Positions 11,893 to 23,564 of a DNA stretch of 64,000 nt are shown here, piece by piece. Below the pieces are notes generated by a model that saw only the letters and a list, made by a program, of their open reading frames with translations, was not told the DNA's origin and did not search any database. Positions within the stretch are counted from its first letter, which is position 1. Each line of letters opens with the position of its first letter. The stretch spans positions 11,853,293 to 11,917,292 of the forward strand of contig NC_068990.1 of the NCBI RefSeq assembly GCF_001194135.2, given 5' to 3'. Made by a program: the position numbers and the translations under genes. This DNA is from Octopus bimaculoides (Eukaryota).

Positions 11893-13267
11893 TGAATTTA
11901 AAAGACAGTTGTACATGATAAATTAAAAATATATAAATACACAGCTATTTTTTTAAAAATCTCTAAGTAAATAAATGTATTAAAAATATATATATGTAAA
12001 GTAATAGATCCTATAGAATCTCTGGACGAAGACATAAAAACGTTAAAACGTCTACAATTGTCCTTTAAATCCATCTCTAATCAGAATCATGTTTGCGGAT
12101 TGAATTACTAGTACTTTTTGTTTCTTCACATTACATATTTGTATACACACACACACACACACACACACATAACTGCAGCATGGAAGGTGTTTATAAGCCA
12201 TTTAAAAACACACAAAAACCATTAGATTCACTTCAACATTTAAATTTCATTTGTCAAAATATTTTCTTCACTTTGAAACCGCGCCCTGTTCACTTACAAA
12301 ATTCCGTGCTGCATCTATCTATATATCTATATATNNNNNNNNNNNNNNNNNNNNNNNNNNNNNNNNNNNNNNNNNNNNNNNNNNNNNNNNNNNNNNNNNN
12401 NNNNNNNNNNNNNNNNNNNNNNNNNNNNNNNNNNNNNNNNNNNNNNNNNNNNNNNNNNNNNNNNNNNNNNNNNNNNNNNNNNNNNNNNNNNNNNNNNNNN
12501 NNNNNNNNNNNNNNNNNNNNNNNNNNNNNNNNNNNATATATATATACATATATATATATATATATGTATGTATGTATGTTTGTATGTATGTATGTGTGTA
12601 TGTACATTCACTCTCACATGTGTTCTTCAGAATCAAGCACAAAATCTGCAAGTGCCTTTACTCTAACTATTATAGAAGATATAGTAATAATAACACACTC
12701 TCTTACTGACCACACTTTTGTAATAATAAACCATTGTGACATATTATATTATCATATAACATAAAATCAAGACTAGATCCGAAAAAAAAAAGAAACATTG
12801 ATTGATTGAACAAATGTCTTATGTAGAATACAACAACGTAAAAGAAAAGCAAAAATATCAATAACAGAACCTATAGTAATAAGGAATTCTAATGGAAGAA
12901 CCAAACATACAGTTAGCTTACCCTAGCAACATACTAGCAGGAGATGCTTGATGCTATGGTGAAAATACTTCCCGATTGCTGAAAGGAATTCTGCATCAAC
13001 AGCCATAAATTTAAAGTTCAGTGATAATGAATGAGAAACACACATAACAATATTGCTGTGATTGTTACTTACAACGAAAACAGCAATGGTAATGACCACT
13101 AAGAACTATATCGTCAAGTGGTGAAAGAGATGAGAAGTCTGAGGAAGGTTTTCATACATCTATGGTCTTAATAGATCTATTGTTTCAAATATAATATGAA
13201 AGAATAACCAGGAGATATGTGAATGGTTTAACAATAGAAGTGAAAGTGGAGCATAGTTGTTTATACA

Positions 13268-13668
13268 CATCATCATCATCATCGTCCTTGTTTAACGTCC
13301 ACCTTCCATGCTAGCATGGGTTGGATGGTTTAACTGAGGGCTGGCAAGTCAGAAGGCTGTACCAGGCTCCAATCCGATCTGGCAAGGTTTCTACAGCTGG
13401 ATGCCCTCCCTAATGCCAATAACTCCAAGCGTGTAGTGGGTGCTTTTTATGTGCCACTGGCATGAGGGCCAGCCAGGCGGTACTGGCATTGACCACGTTT
13501 AAATGGTGCTTTTTACATGCCACCAGCATGGAAGCCAGTCAAATGGCTTCCATGCCGGTGGCACGTAAAAAGCACCATTCAAGTATGGTCGTTACCAGTG
13601 CAGCCTGACAGGCCCTTGTTTCCAGTGGCATGTAAAAAGTACCCACTACACTCTCAAAGTGGTTGGCG
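13268..13668 (-). mobile_element. Family B copy ending in a fold-back duplication
   Basis: (CAT)n-gtttaacgtccaccttccatgctagcatggg start; positions 13544-13668 are the reverse complement of 13414-13537. Confidence 0.9.
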
Positions 13669-13716
13669 AATATTTACGCACAAATACATAGACACAGATT
13701 GATACATATGTGTATA

Positions 13717-14108
13717 TTCTTTTATTCTTGCTTCAGTCATTTGACTGCAGCCATGCTGGAGCACTGCCTCAAAGGGTTTTATTCGAAGAAATCAACCCCA
13801 GGACTTATTCTTTGTAAGCCTAGTACTTATTCTATCAGTCTCTTTTGCCGAACTGCTAAGTTATGGGGGACATAAACACACTAGTATAGGTTGTCAAGCA
13901 ATGGCAGGAGGACAAACACACATACACACACACACACATATATATATGACAAGCTTCTTTCAGTTTCTGTCTACCAAATCCACACACAAGGCTTTGTCGG
14001 CCCTAGGTTATTATAAAAGACACTTACCCAAAGTGCCACACAGTGGGACTGAACTCAGAACCATGTGGTTAGGAAGCAAGCTTCTTACCACACAGCCATG
14101 CCTGCTCC
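13717..14108 (-). mobile_element. SINE family A, full length (tRNA head, CORE-like domain, internal microsatellite, body)
   Basis: Reverse complement of the copies at 16885, 18358 and 60504. Confidence 0.9.
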
Positions 14109-14160
14109 TATGAATGTATATATGTATATATATGCATGTATATGCATAAACATATGCATG

Positions 14161-14210
<50 letters not shown>

Positions 14211-14749
14211 TACACACATACTCAAACACGTGTGTGTGTGTACATGTACTCTTCTCATATCACCTTTTCAAAAATGGAACAGATTGTATGATAATCCTTG
14301 ACTGGCACCACACTTGGTTCAGAAGGTTCTCTTTGAAATTCTCGGAATAAAAGAGAGAAATGCTATTTCTTGACACTCTTCAGAATACTAGCAGGACTTT
14401 ACAGTTAGTACTAAGAAAGAAGGAAATACTTGCCAAACCAATTTATCATCTGCCCAAAATACATTAGGAAAAGAAATGTCATATGATATAATTCACTATG
14501 AACATTGATATAAGAGGCAGTGCTGCAAATATTTCCACCTTGGAAAGAATGGCCATAATGTTGTAACTATTATAACCAGGATGAGGACACTGGTCTCAAT
14601 GTATCATCACCACCACCACCACCACCACCACCACCCTCCATACAGTAGTAAGAAGAGTGATAAAGAGATCAGTGATAGGGAGATGAGTGGTGGAGAAGGT
14701 GCAACAGGGGAAAATTGAGCTAGGGGCTTATTTGTGTGTACATACATTA

Positions 14750-14940
14750 TGCTCTTCAAACCCACGATTGTCTGTTATTCTCATGCACCTTTGCATTGCA
14801 AATCAACAAAATCTTTTGTTGTCTTCTCTGTGAGCCTCAATACCCTAAGATCAGCCTTGACTACTTCGTTCACATTTTTCTAGGTCTCTCATCTTCCAGA
14901 GATTCCATCCAATGTAAAAAAAAAACTGGCATTTCTGTTT
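14750..14940 (-). mobile_element. Degenerate RTE ORF2 C-terminal fragment
   Basis: Minus strand resembles RPRK.W.EVVKADLRVLRLTE. Confidence 0.4.
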
Positions 14941-14944
14941 CTAG

Positions 14945-15372
14945 CACTGTCGAGCGTGTTCATTGCCAGAGCAGCTGTCTGGCTTCCGTGCTAGTGGCCC
15001 GTAAATAGCACCATTTGAGCGTAATCATTACCAGTGTTGCCTTCTAGCACTTGTGCTGGTGGCACGTTAGAAAATCATTTGAGTGAGGTCGCTGCCAGTA
15101 CCGCTGGACTGGCTCCTGTGCAGGTGGCACGTAAAAAACACCTTTTTGAGCATGGCCGTTGCCAGTACTGTGTGACTGGCCCTCATGCCATTGGTACATA
15201 AAAACACCCACTACACTCTCGGAGTGGTTGGCATTAGGAAGGGCATCCAGCTGTAGAAACTCTGCCAGATCAGATTGGAGCCTTCTGGCTTGCCAGTCCT
15301 CAGTAAAATCATCCAACCCATGCTAGCATGGAAAGCGGACGTTAAACGATGATGATGATGATGATGATGATG
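14945..15372 (+). mobile_element. Family B copy with about 65-bp internal subrepeats and (GAT)n tail
   Basis: cacccactacactctcggagtggttggcattaggaagggcatccagctgtagaaactc...ggaaagcggacgttaaacgatgatg. Confidence 0.92.
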
Positions 15373-15754
15373 AAAATATATCGCTTAGCACACCAAATGC
15401 TCTTGAGAATCAACTCATTTTTTCCACAATATGGTGATGATGTAATGAGAATTAAACCTTCCAAGGGATAACTCACAAGGTTGTTGCAAGTGATAGCTTC
15501 AGATAACTTGGTATATCTATGATAATGTAGAATAAAATGTAGTACCAAGAATTGCCAGAAAACACAAGCAGTTGTATTTGAATACATAAACAGTTATATT
15601 ACTTCAACAACTATTTCACTTATACTGAATCATATGCCATTTAAATATAAACACTGACGCCTACTCACTCAATTACATTTAAAAATATTGTTACACTAAT
15701 GTGAAAACATATAAAGGCATTATGTAAGTTTTAATCTTTTGAAGGAAATGTTAA

Positions 15755-16510
15755 AGCAGGAGATGGAGGAGTCAGTAATCTCCGTTTTGTCGATGATATT
15801 GATTTAACGGGATAAAATGAAGAAGATCTAAAAATCTAACAACTTGTTTTGATACAAGTGCAAGAAGATATGGAATGGAAATAAGTGCTTAGAAAAGCAG
15901 AATAATGATAAATGGTAAAAATAAAAAAAGAAAATACTTGATTCAATTGAAATAGCATGGAAAACGCTCAAACAAGTTGATGAATTTAAATATTTGGGAA
16001 GGACAATAATGGAAGATGGGAGATCAAAGAAAGAAGTAAGATGGTGGATTACAGCAGCTACAGAAGCTTTAACAAAATTAGACCCTGTTTGGAAAACTAA
16101 AAACAATAATAATAACGATTTTTTTTCTTTTTTTTTTTAAGAGCAATAGTAATTTCAGCAGCCCTTTATGAGTGTGAATCACAGACGTTAGATGCTGAAA
16201 GATCATGTCCTTTGAAATAAAACATTACCGGAAGATGCTTCACATCGCATATACAGAACATCAAACAGACGAAAGTATTAAGAAGGAAATTGTTGTGAAG
16301 ATTGCAAACCATGTAACTCTGGTGTCGATTATTAAAAGGTGAGAAATGAAGTGGTTTGGTCGTGTAATATGATGTCATGACACTCTAACTTTAGCAAGGA
16401 TAGTCATGGATGGACAAACATCAGTAACAGAAGTACAGAAAGAACAGCACAGTGGGAGTTGTTAAATAACATCAAGGAAATGTCATAGAAAAGATGGTTT
16501 AAAGCATGAG
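15755..16510 (+). mobile_element. Decayed RTE-BovB-like LINE, RT and C-terminus
   Basis: Frames give NLRFVDDIDL, GMEIS, QVDEFKYLG.TI.EDG and KWFGRV; interrupted by stops. Confidence 0.85.
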
Positions 16511-16884
16511 ATTGGCTGATGGCTTGGAAAGAAAAGAAAGAAAGTGCATCTCTTGCTTTTCTCTCAAGGCCCATGTGAGCTATGAATTTTTTTATGTGGA
16601 GAATATAACAAACCATGGCTTTTAACTGCTGGAATGCTTTGGGAATAGAGAGCCTATTCTGGAAACCATCAATTTAACATCGTATCATTGCTGTAAGCTC
16701 AGGGTCAGTCAAGGTCATAATGGGAGCCTCTCTATGGTCATTTGATTTGTTAGGAATAGCAACCAAATCAGTCTCAAAACCAATATAAAAATGAAAAGTG
16801 AACTTCAGATAATATAGTTTAAGATACATTATGTCTAGATATCACATCATAGTACCTCACATTAGCAAAAAATAAAAAGTAAAA

Positions 16885-17310
16885 AGGCGCAGGAGTGGCT
16901 GTGTGGTAAGTAGCTTGCTTACCAGCCACATGGTTCTGGGTTCAGTCCCACTGTGTGGCACCTTGGGCAAGTGTCTTCAACTATAGCCTCGGGCCGACCA
17001 AAGCCTTGTGAGTGGATTTGGTAGACGGAAACTGAAAAGAAGCCCGTCGTATATATGTATANNNNNNNNNNTAGATATATATATATGCATATATATATAT
17101 GTATGTATATGTGCATTTGTGTGTCTGTGTTTGACAACCGATGCTGGTGTGTTTATGTCCCCGTAACTTAGCAGTTCAGCAAAAGGGATCAATAGAGTAA
17201 GTACTAGGCTTACAAAAGAATAAGTCCTGGTGTCGATTTACTCGACTAAAGGTGGTGCTCCAGCATGGCCACAGTCAAATGACTGAAACAAGTAAAATAG
17301 TAAAAGAGAG
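16885..17310 (+). mobile_element. SINE family A, full length (CORE-like; octopus OR2-like)
   Basis: Head aggcgcaggagtggctgtgtggtaag...gggttcagtccc; ggcaccttgggcaagtgtc resembles the CORE motif GACCTTGGGCAAGTCAC; tail (gtaaaaga)n. Confidence 0.92.
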
Positions 17311-17615
17311 ACTATCAACTATCTCAAAAGGATTACTATACAGGGGTTATCAATCCTTAAGTGCCCAAAAAACTGAAATGGCAGATCAGGTAGGACATAA
17401 TATGGTCAATGCCTCAGAGGGCTTGACAGAAAGATCTGTGGTAAATCTAGGGCACTCTCTTGATGGAGTACAGACTGGTGTCTGGTCTCCATGGAAGAGA
17501 TTTTACATAACTGCATCTGTAGTAAATGCTGAAATTTAAACTACCTGAATGAAGATCCTTGACATTCAGCCTGCTGGGTACAGATGATACCCAGGAATAT
17601 AATAATAAAGAAGGT

Positions 17616-17619
<4 letters not shown>

Positions 17620-17647
<28 letters not shown>

Positions 17648-17998
17648 GTTTAACGTCCGCTTTCCATGCTAGCATGGGTTGGACGATTTGACTGAGGACT
17701 GGTGAACCAGGTGGCTGCATCAGGCTCCAATATGATTTGGCAGAGTTTCTACAGCTGGATGCCCTTCCTAACGCCAACCACTCCGAAAGTGTAGTGGGTG
17801 CTTTTACGTGCCACCGGCATGAAGGCCAGTCAGATGATACTGGCAACGGACAAGCTCAAAATGGTGTATTTTACGTGCCACCTGCACAGGAGCCAGTCCA
17901 GTGGCACTGGCAACGATCTCGCTCGAATGTCTTTTCCCGTGCCACCGGCACAAGTGCCAGTAAGGCGACGTTGGTAACAATCGCGCTCAAATGGTGCA
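17620..17998 (-). mobile_element. Family B copy
   Basis: (CAT)n-cgtttaacgtccgctttccatgctagcatggg...; three about 65-bp subrepeats start at 17808, 17875 and 17939. Confidence 0.92.
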
Positions 17999-18357
17999 AT
18001 GAGAAACAATATCAAACTTTATAATTATTTACTGGCTATCAACTGAAACCCTGCCGGGTTGCCATGAAAGATTATTGTTAATGGTTAGTAAAAATATTTA
18101 AGAATATAAAGCTTGATTTTAATATTAGACTGAGTGAGACTTTGATCTTCAGTGTTAACGGCAGGAATGGAGGATGGCAAAGGAACTAAAGAAATGTCAG
18201 GTCTGTTAGGATTATAGAAGAATGTCAGCTACTAGAGGTTGTTGGTATGCTAGGGATGTGGGAGTGGTCAAAGATAGCTTATTGCATTTGTAGCCATAAT
18301 TCAACAGAAATATGTTATCGTTATTTCAATTAATTTTGAAAAAATAAATGAAGTTAT

Positions 18358-18788
18358 AGGCGTAAGAATGGCTGTGTGATAAGTAGCTTGCTTACCACCC
18401 ACATGGTTCTGGGTTCAGTCCCACTGCGTGGAACCTTGGGCAAGTGTCTTCTACTATAGCCTCGGGCCGACCAAAGCCTTGTGAGTGGATTTGGTAGACG
18501 GAAACTGAAAGAAGCCCATTGTATATATGTCTATATAGATATATGTGCGTGTGTGTGTGTGTTTGTGTGTCTGTATTTGTCCCTCCCCGAACATTGCTTG
18601 ACAACCAATGCTGGTGTGTTTACATATCCCGTAACTTAGTGGTTCAGTAAAAGAGACTGATAGAATAAGTACTAGGCTTACAAAGAATAAGTCCTGGGGT
18701 CGATTTGCTCGACTAAAGGCAGTGCTCCAGCATGGCTGCAGTCAAATAAATGACTGAAACAAGTAAAAAAGTAAAAGAGTAAAAAGAG
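18358..18788 (+). mobile_element. SINE family A, full length
   Basis: High identity to 16885-17310 and 60504-60876. Confidence 0.92.
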
Positions 18789-19200
18789 TTAGTGCAAAGG
18801 AGACAGTAATTACTTCGTGATATTTGGCAGGATTAGACATTTGAATCTGAAATTAAGTAACAAGGAAGAAGATACATAAAATGTTTTTCCTCTTCTTACT
18901 TATTACAAAGATTTTGAAATTTCTAGTTTGTAGCAGTTTTGTATAGCACTATCTCATTCTCTTTAGAAGTCATCAGCATGACATTGTCAATATTAATTGG
19001 AAATTTGCAACATAAATTTCACATGAAGTTTTGAAGAAAGGTTGGATTTTAGATCATTTTAAAACAAAAGTTTTTTTTATCAAAAGAGTTAATTAGTCTA
19101 GGTTTAATCTCACAAAATATACACAAGAATCCGTATGTTGAGAAAGAAACATTGTTTTCATTTTCATCTTTCTTGGAAATGAATAACATAAAAAAATCAT

Positions 19201-19440
19201 ATTGAGCAGGCTACTACATGTATATTATTCTTTGAGGGCTACTATGAATAACCTCTATCAGGCTCCAGTGTTCTTGGCAGTTCTGGTCAAGCAAGTTTAT
19301 CAAAGATAATCAGATCATAACCATCCTCTTTTTTCACATGTGCAAGGAACTCAGGCCCTCGCCCCCCATTAGCCAATGCATTCTGTTTTTAGATGATAGG
19401 GATTGATTTGAAGGATCTTTGTTTGCTATTTCTAGTAGGT
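19201..19440 (+). mobile_element. Old dispersed repeat family D, copy 1 of an inverted pair
   Basis: Ends gctatttctagtagg; reverse complement of 19757-19997; the same terminal motif occurs at 7527, 16750 and 32405. Confidence 0.7.
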
Positions 19441-19756
19441 GAACGTTTTTGTTGTGCTAAACCTTCTACCATGATTTAAATTGTATTTAAAACTGAACAT
19501 TTAAAATTCAATTCTCCTTCTCATTATAAAAGAAAAAGAATTTAATTCAATAGCTTTTGTTGTGTTCATTCTGCTGCAGGGATATAAATTATGAATTTAT
19601 ATTTAGCACTAATTAACATACACCACATGTAATAGTTTTGTCTCTGACATGTTTCATTTTTCACCAAAACCATTGCACTTTTTACACATTTGCTTCATCT
19701 TGCCAACCACCTTTCACCACAGTCTTTTGAACAAATAACGGTGTTTCTTCATTGTC

Positions 19757-19997
19757 CTCCTGCTAGAAATAGCAGACAAATCTCCTTCGAATCAAACCTG
19801 TAACCTAAAAAATGAACATGTTGGCCAATGGGGGCCTGGGTTCTCTGCACGTATGAAAAAATGGGACGGTCATGGTTTGAATGTCTTTGATAAATTTGCT
19901 TGATCAGGACTGCCAAGAACAATGGAGCCTGACAGTGGCCTTTCATAGTAACCAAAGTGTCCTCAAAGAATAAGATGTACATAGTTGTCTACTCAAT
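19757..19997 (-). mobile_element. Family D, copy 2 of the inverted pair
   Basis: Begins cctgctagaaatagcagacaaatctcc. Confidence 0.7.
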
Positions 19998-20099
19998 ACC
20001 AGATTTTGGTTATACAGTTCCAAGAAAGATGGAAATAAAAAGAATTGTTAAAATAACATTTGTTCATTTAAGAGAAAGATCAAACTATAAAAATAATGA

Positions 20100-20320
20100 A
20101 ACAACATTTGATACTAACCTACCTGAAACTGCCCTTGGTTCTATGATATAAACTTCCTGTTTTAAATTGATCTGAATTAAAACCTTCCAGCAAAAAATTT
20201 CGCATTAATCTATGTTCCAAACACAAGGACAAAGTAATTTTAGTAAATTTTTCATTATTTAAAAAATTAATTGAAAGAAATTTTGTGAAGGAAAATGGCG
20301 TCATGATACTAAGAATAACA
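20100..20320. mobile_element. Degenerate AT-rich MITE-like repeat
   Basis: Resembles a remembered octopus TTAA-type MITE; a related sequence lies in opposite orientation near 46440-46740; termini are not clear. Confidence 0.35.
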
Positions 20321-20349
20321 AAAATATAGAAATAATAATAGAAATATAA

Positions 20350-20550
20350 TAATGACTTCAGATTTTGGGACAAGGCCTGAAAGTTCAAGGAAGGGGTTAA
20401 ACCGATTACATTGACCCCATTGCTCAACTGGTACTTATTTTATTGACCCCAAAAGGATGGCAGGCAAAGTTGATCTTAGCAAAATTTGAATTCAGAATAT
20501 AAACATGGATGAAATAACATTAAGCATTTTTGCCAACATGTTAATGATTC
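20350..20550 (-). mobile_element. SINE family C variant (Deu/Nin-like)
   Basis: gattacattgaccccattgctcaactggtacttattttattgaccccaaaaggatgg..gcaaagttgatct..aatttgaattcagaat; similar to 38865-39065. Confidence 0.8.
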
Positions 20551-20948
20551 TGCCAGCCTCAAATAGAAACATATTAATAATTACTTTATTGTATACAGTG
20601 CACAGGTATGTTATAATTTGTCAAAAAAGGGTGAGAGAGAAGACAGGAAGCAGCAATAAGTCAAGCAAAAAAAGACAGCAATGTAAGCCAAAAGTGCATG
20701 CACAGTATACAAGATAAGACACAAGATGACAGGAAATTGAACAGTGAAAAAGCCATAAGGAGTAAAAGGTGTTTGAGCATACCAGGTGTAGAGTTGGTGA
20801 ATTTCAAGAAGTATGATATTTTTGAAGGATACAGTGCTCTAAGAGTTAACAACTGACTCCGGTAGTTTATTCTGTGCTTTGACTGTTCAGAGAGTGAAAC
20901 AGTGTTGTAAACAAATTCTAAGTGAAAAGAAGATACAACACAAAGGTT

Positions 20949-21147
20949 TACAAGGGGGTGCTGAAAAGTTTCTAGCTTTGGGTAAAAGAAAATACAGGAG
21001 GATCAGTTAATTATGATTTTATCCAATATATTCCACTCTCAGATTCAAACATTCATTGCAGCAGTCCTTCAGCTTTTCTAAGCCCTGTAAAAGAATTCAG
21101 AAGATTAGGCTTCCAAACAGGCTTTCCATGATACACTTAAGACTATG
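20949..21147 (-). mobile_element. Mariner-derived MITE, one TIR lost
   Basis: ta-caagggggtgctgaaaagtt TIR; the body is the reverse complement of 21193-21397. Confidence 0.85.
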
Positions 21148-21192
21148 AACAAATTCTAAGTGAAAAAAAGATACATTTACAGTTAAAGGTTA

Positions 21193-21397
21193 TATGAGAG
21201 GGTGTTGAAAAGCTCCCGGTTTTAAGGGTATCATGAAAGGCCTGTTTGAAAGCTTAATCTTCTGAGTTCTTTTACAGGGCTTAGAAAAATTGATGGACTG
21301 CTGCAGAGAGGGGAATATGTTGAATAGAATCATAATTAACTGATTCTCCTGTAATTTCTTTCACCCAAAGCTTGGAACTTTTCAGCAACCTCTTGTA
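21193..21397 (+). mobile_element. Mariner-derived MITE (about 205 bp), both TIRs, TA ends
   Basis: ta-tgagagggtgttgaaaagctcc ... ggaacttttcagcaacctcttg-ta. Confidence 0.88.
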
Positions 21398-21477
21398 AAC
21401 CTTTGTCTTGTATTCCATTGTGTCATTTAGTCATTGCACATTACACTTGAAACACTGCTGTGAAGAAAATCGATGAG

Positions 21478-21935
21478 AGTACCGCCTGATTGGCACTCAT
21501 GCCAGTGGAATTTTAAGAGCACCATCCGAGTGTGATCGTTGCCAGGGCCACTGATTGGCTCCTCTGCCAGTGGCATCTAAATAGCACCATTCAGGCATGA
21601 TCGTTGCCAGCATTGCCTTACTGGCACATGTGCCAGTGGCATGTGAAAAACAACATTCGAGCATGGTTGTTGCCAGTGCCGCCAGACTGACTCCCATGCA
21701 GGTAGCACATAAAAAACACATTTTGAGCATAGTCGTTGCCAGAACCACCTGACTGGCCCTCATACCAGTGGCACGTAAAAGCACCCACTACACTCTTGGA
21801 AGGGCATCCAGCTGTAGAAACTTTGCCAGATCAGATTGTAGCCTAATGCAGCCTTCTGGCTTGCCAGTCCTCAGTCAATCCATCCAACCCATGCCAGCAT
21901 GGAAAACGGACGTTAAACGACGATGATGATGATAA
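21478..21935 (+). mobile_element. Family B copy with subrepeats and (GAT)n tail
   Basis: Same domain and tail as 14945-15372, with an internal deletion in the conserved domain. Confidence 0.9.
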
Positions 21936-22273
21936 TGAGTGCAAAACAAAAGAGGACAGTTAAAAGAGTTTTATAAGTTTCATGATTTTGAGATACTGAG
22001 TACAGAAGCATTTCAAGGTGGTAAAAACCTAAAAATGATAATTAATAACATTCTTCTAGTTTTTGATTAACTTTCTTCCTACTTTTGTAAAGAGATAATC
22101 CATTGATCCATCTGCTAGACACTGAATTACGTTATTTTCACAAGAAGCTTTTCGGTAAATTTATGAAGTTGATCTCATTGTAAATTAACTATTTTATCTA
22201 AAAGATTAAATAAATCATCTCGGCTTTACATAAATCTGCATTAAGATAATAACTAAATACATAATGAACAAAT

Positions 22274-22487
22274 CTCTTTTACTCTTTTACTATTTAACTT
22301 GTTTCAGTCATTTGACTGCGGCCATGCTGGAGCACTGCCTTTAGTCAAGCAAATCGACCCCAGGACTTATTCTTTGGATACCTAGTACTTATTCCATCGG
22401 TCTCTTTTGCCGAACCGCTAAGTAACGGGGACATAAACACACCACCATTGGTTGTCAAATGATGTTGGGGGGACAAACACAGACACA

Positions 22488-22541
<54 letters not shown>

Positions 22542-22719
22542 GAGATACATATATACGACAGGCTTCTTTCAGTTTCAATCTACCAAATTCACTCACAAGG
22601 CTTTGGTTGGCTTGAGGCTATAGTAGAAGACACTTGCCCAAGGTGCCACGCAGTGGGACTGAACCCAGAACCATGTGGTTGGTAAGCAAGCTACTTACCA
22701 CACAGCCACTCCTGCACCT
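22274..22719 (-). mobile_element. SINE family A, full length
   Basis: Reverse complement of 18358-18788, with an internal (CA)n tract. Confidence 0.92.
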
Positions 22720-22974
22720 ATGAGTGATAAAAAATAATATTTTGAATTTTGAGTGAAAATTTTGGAAAACTGTTATTTTTACATAAATACAGTTACAAAA
22801 GTGTCTTACAACATTGACTAACAGTGAATTCTTCTGGCACACATCATTTATTGATTCCTCAGAAAGAATGGAAACTAAGTCTCAGGAGTTCCTTTTCATT
22901 CCTTGTTTTTCCTTTTGTTTTGTAAATGATTTTGAAAAGCTTCATGATGAATTTCTAGTTTATGTGAGTTTATG

Positions 22975-23170
22975 AGCAAAACATCTAAGCTGCTTGCGGC
23001 TCCGGCAGAAAGGTAATGGTGAACTTCTTCTCACACTTGTGCCACACCTTTCTCTCACTCTTTCCTCCTGCACCAAACAGCTCACCTGTGATGGACCAGT
23101 GACCCATCCAGGTGTGGAACCTAAACACCAATGAAACAGGGAAATCAGCCCTTATAAGTCAGTTATGGTT
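22975..23170 (+). mobile_element. SINE family H fragment (V-SINE-like motif)
   Basis: cctgtgatggaccagtgacccatccaggtg motif; shares aaaaca.ctaa.gct..gcggctccggcag with the 4554 SINE; a related copy lies at 42695-42820 (-). Confidence 0.55.
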
Positions 23171-23376
23171 CAAGAAGGAACAAACAACATATATATATAT
23201 ATATGCATATATGTATNNNNNNNNNNNNNNNNNNNNNNNNNNNNNNNNNNNNNNNNNNNNNNNNNNNNNNNNNNNNNNNNNNNNNNNNNNNNNNNNNNNN
23301 NNNNNNNNNNNNNNNNNNNNNNNNNNNNNNNNNNNNNNNNNNNNNNNNNNNNNNNNNNTGTATGTATGTATATATG

Positions 23377-23407
<31 letters not shown>

Positions 23408-23545
23408 GATGGGATTCTTTTCAATTTCCATTTAGCATATCTACTCACAAGGTTTTGGCTGACCTGGAGCTATAGTAGAAGACACTTGCCCAAGCTACCA
23501 TGAAGTGGAACTGAACCCTAAACAATGTGGTTGGGAAAATTAATT
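23408..23545 (-). mobile_element. SINE family A head fragment
   Basis: ctactcacaaggttttggct..ctatagtagaagacacttgcccaag. Confidence 0.75.
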
Positions 23546-23564
23546 TTATACACTTAAACAAAAA

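Noticed and set aside
12922-12978. 57-bp segment with a good minus-strand acceptor and GTAAGC donor
   Set aside because: Stop codons in all three frames; it shows that splice-like patterns arise by chance here
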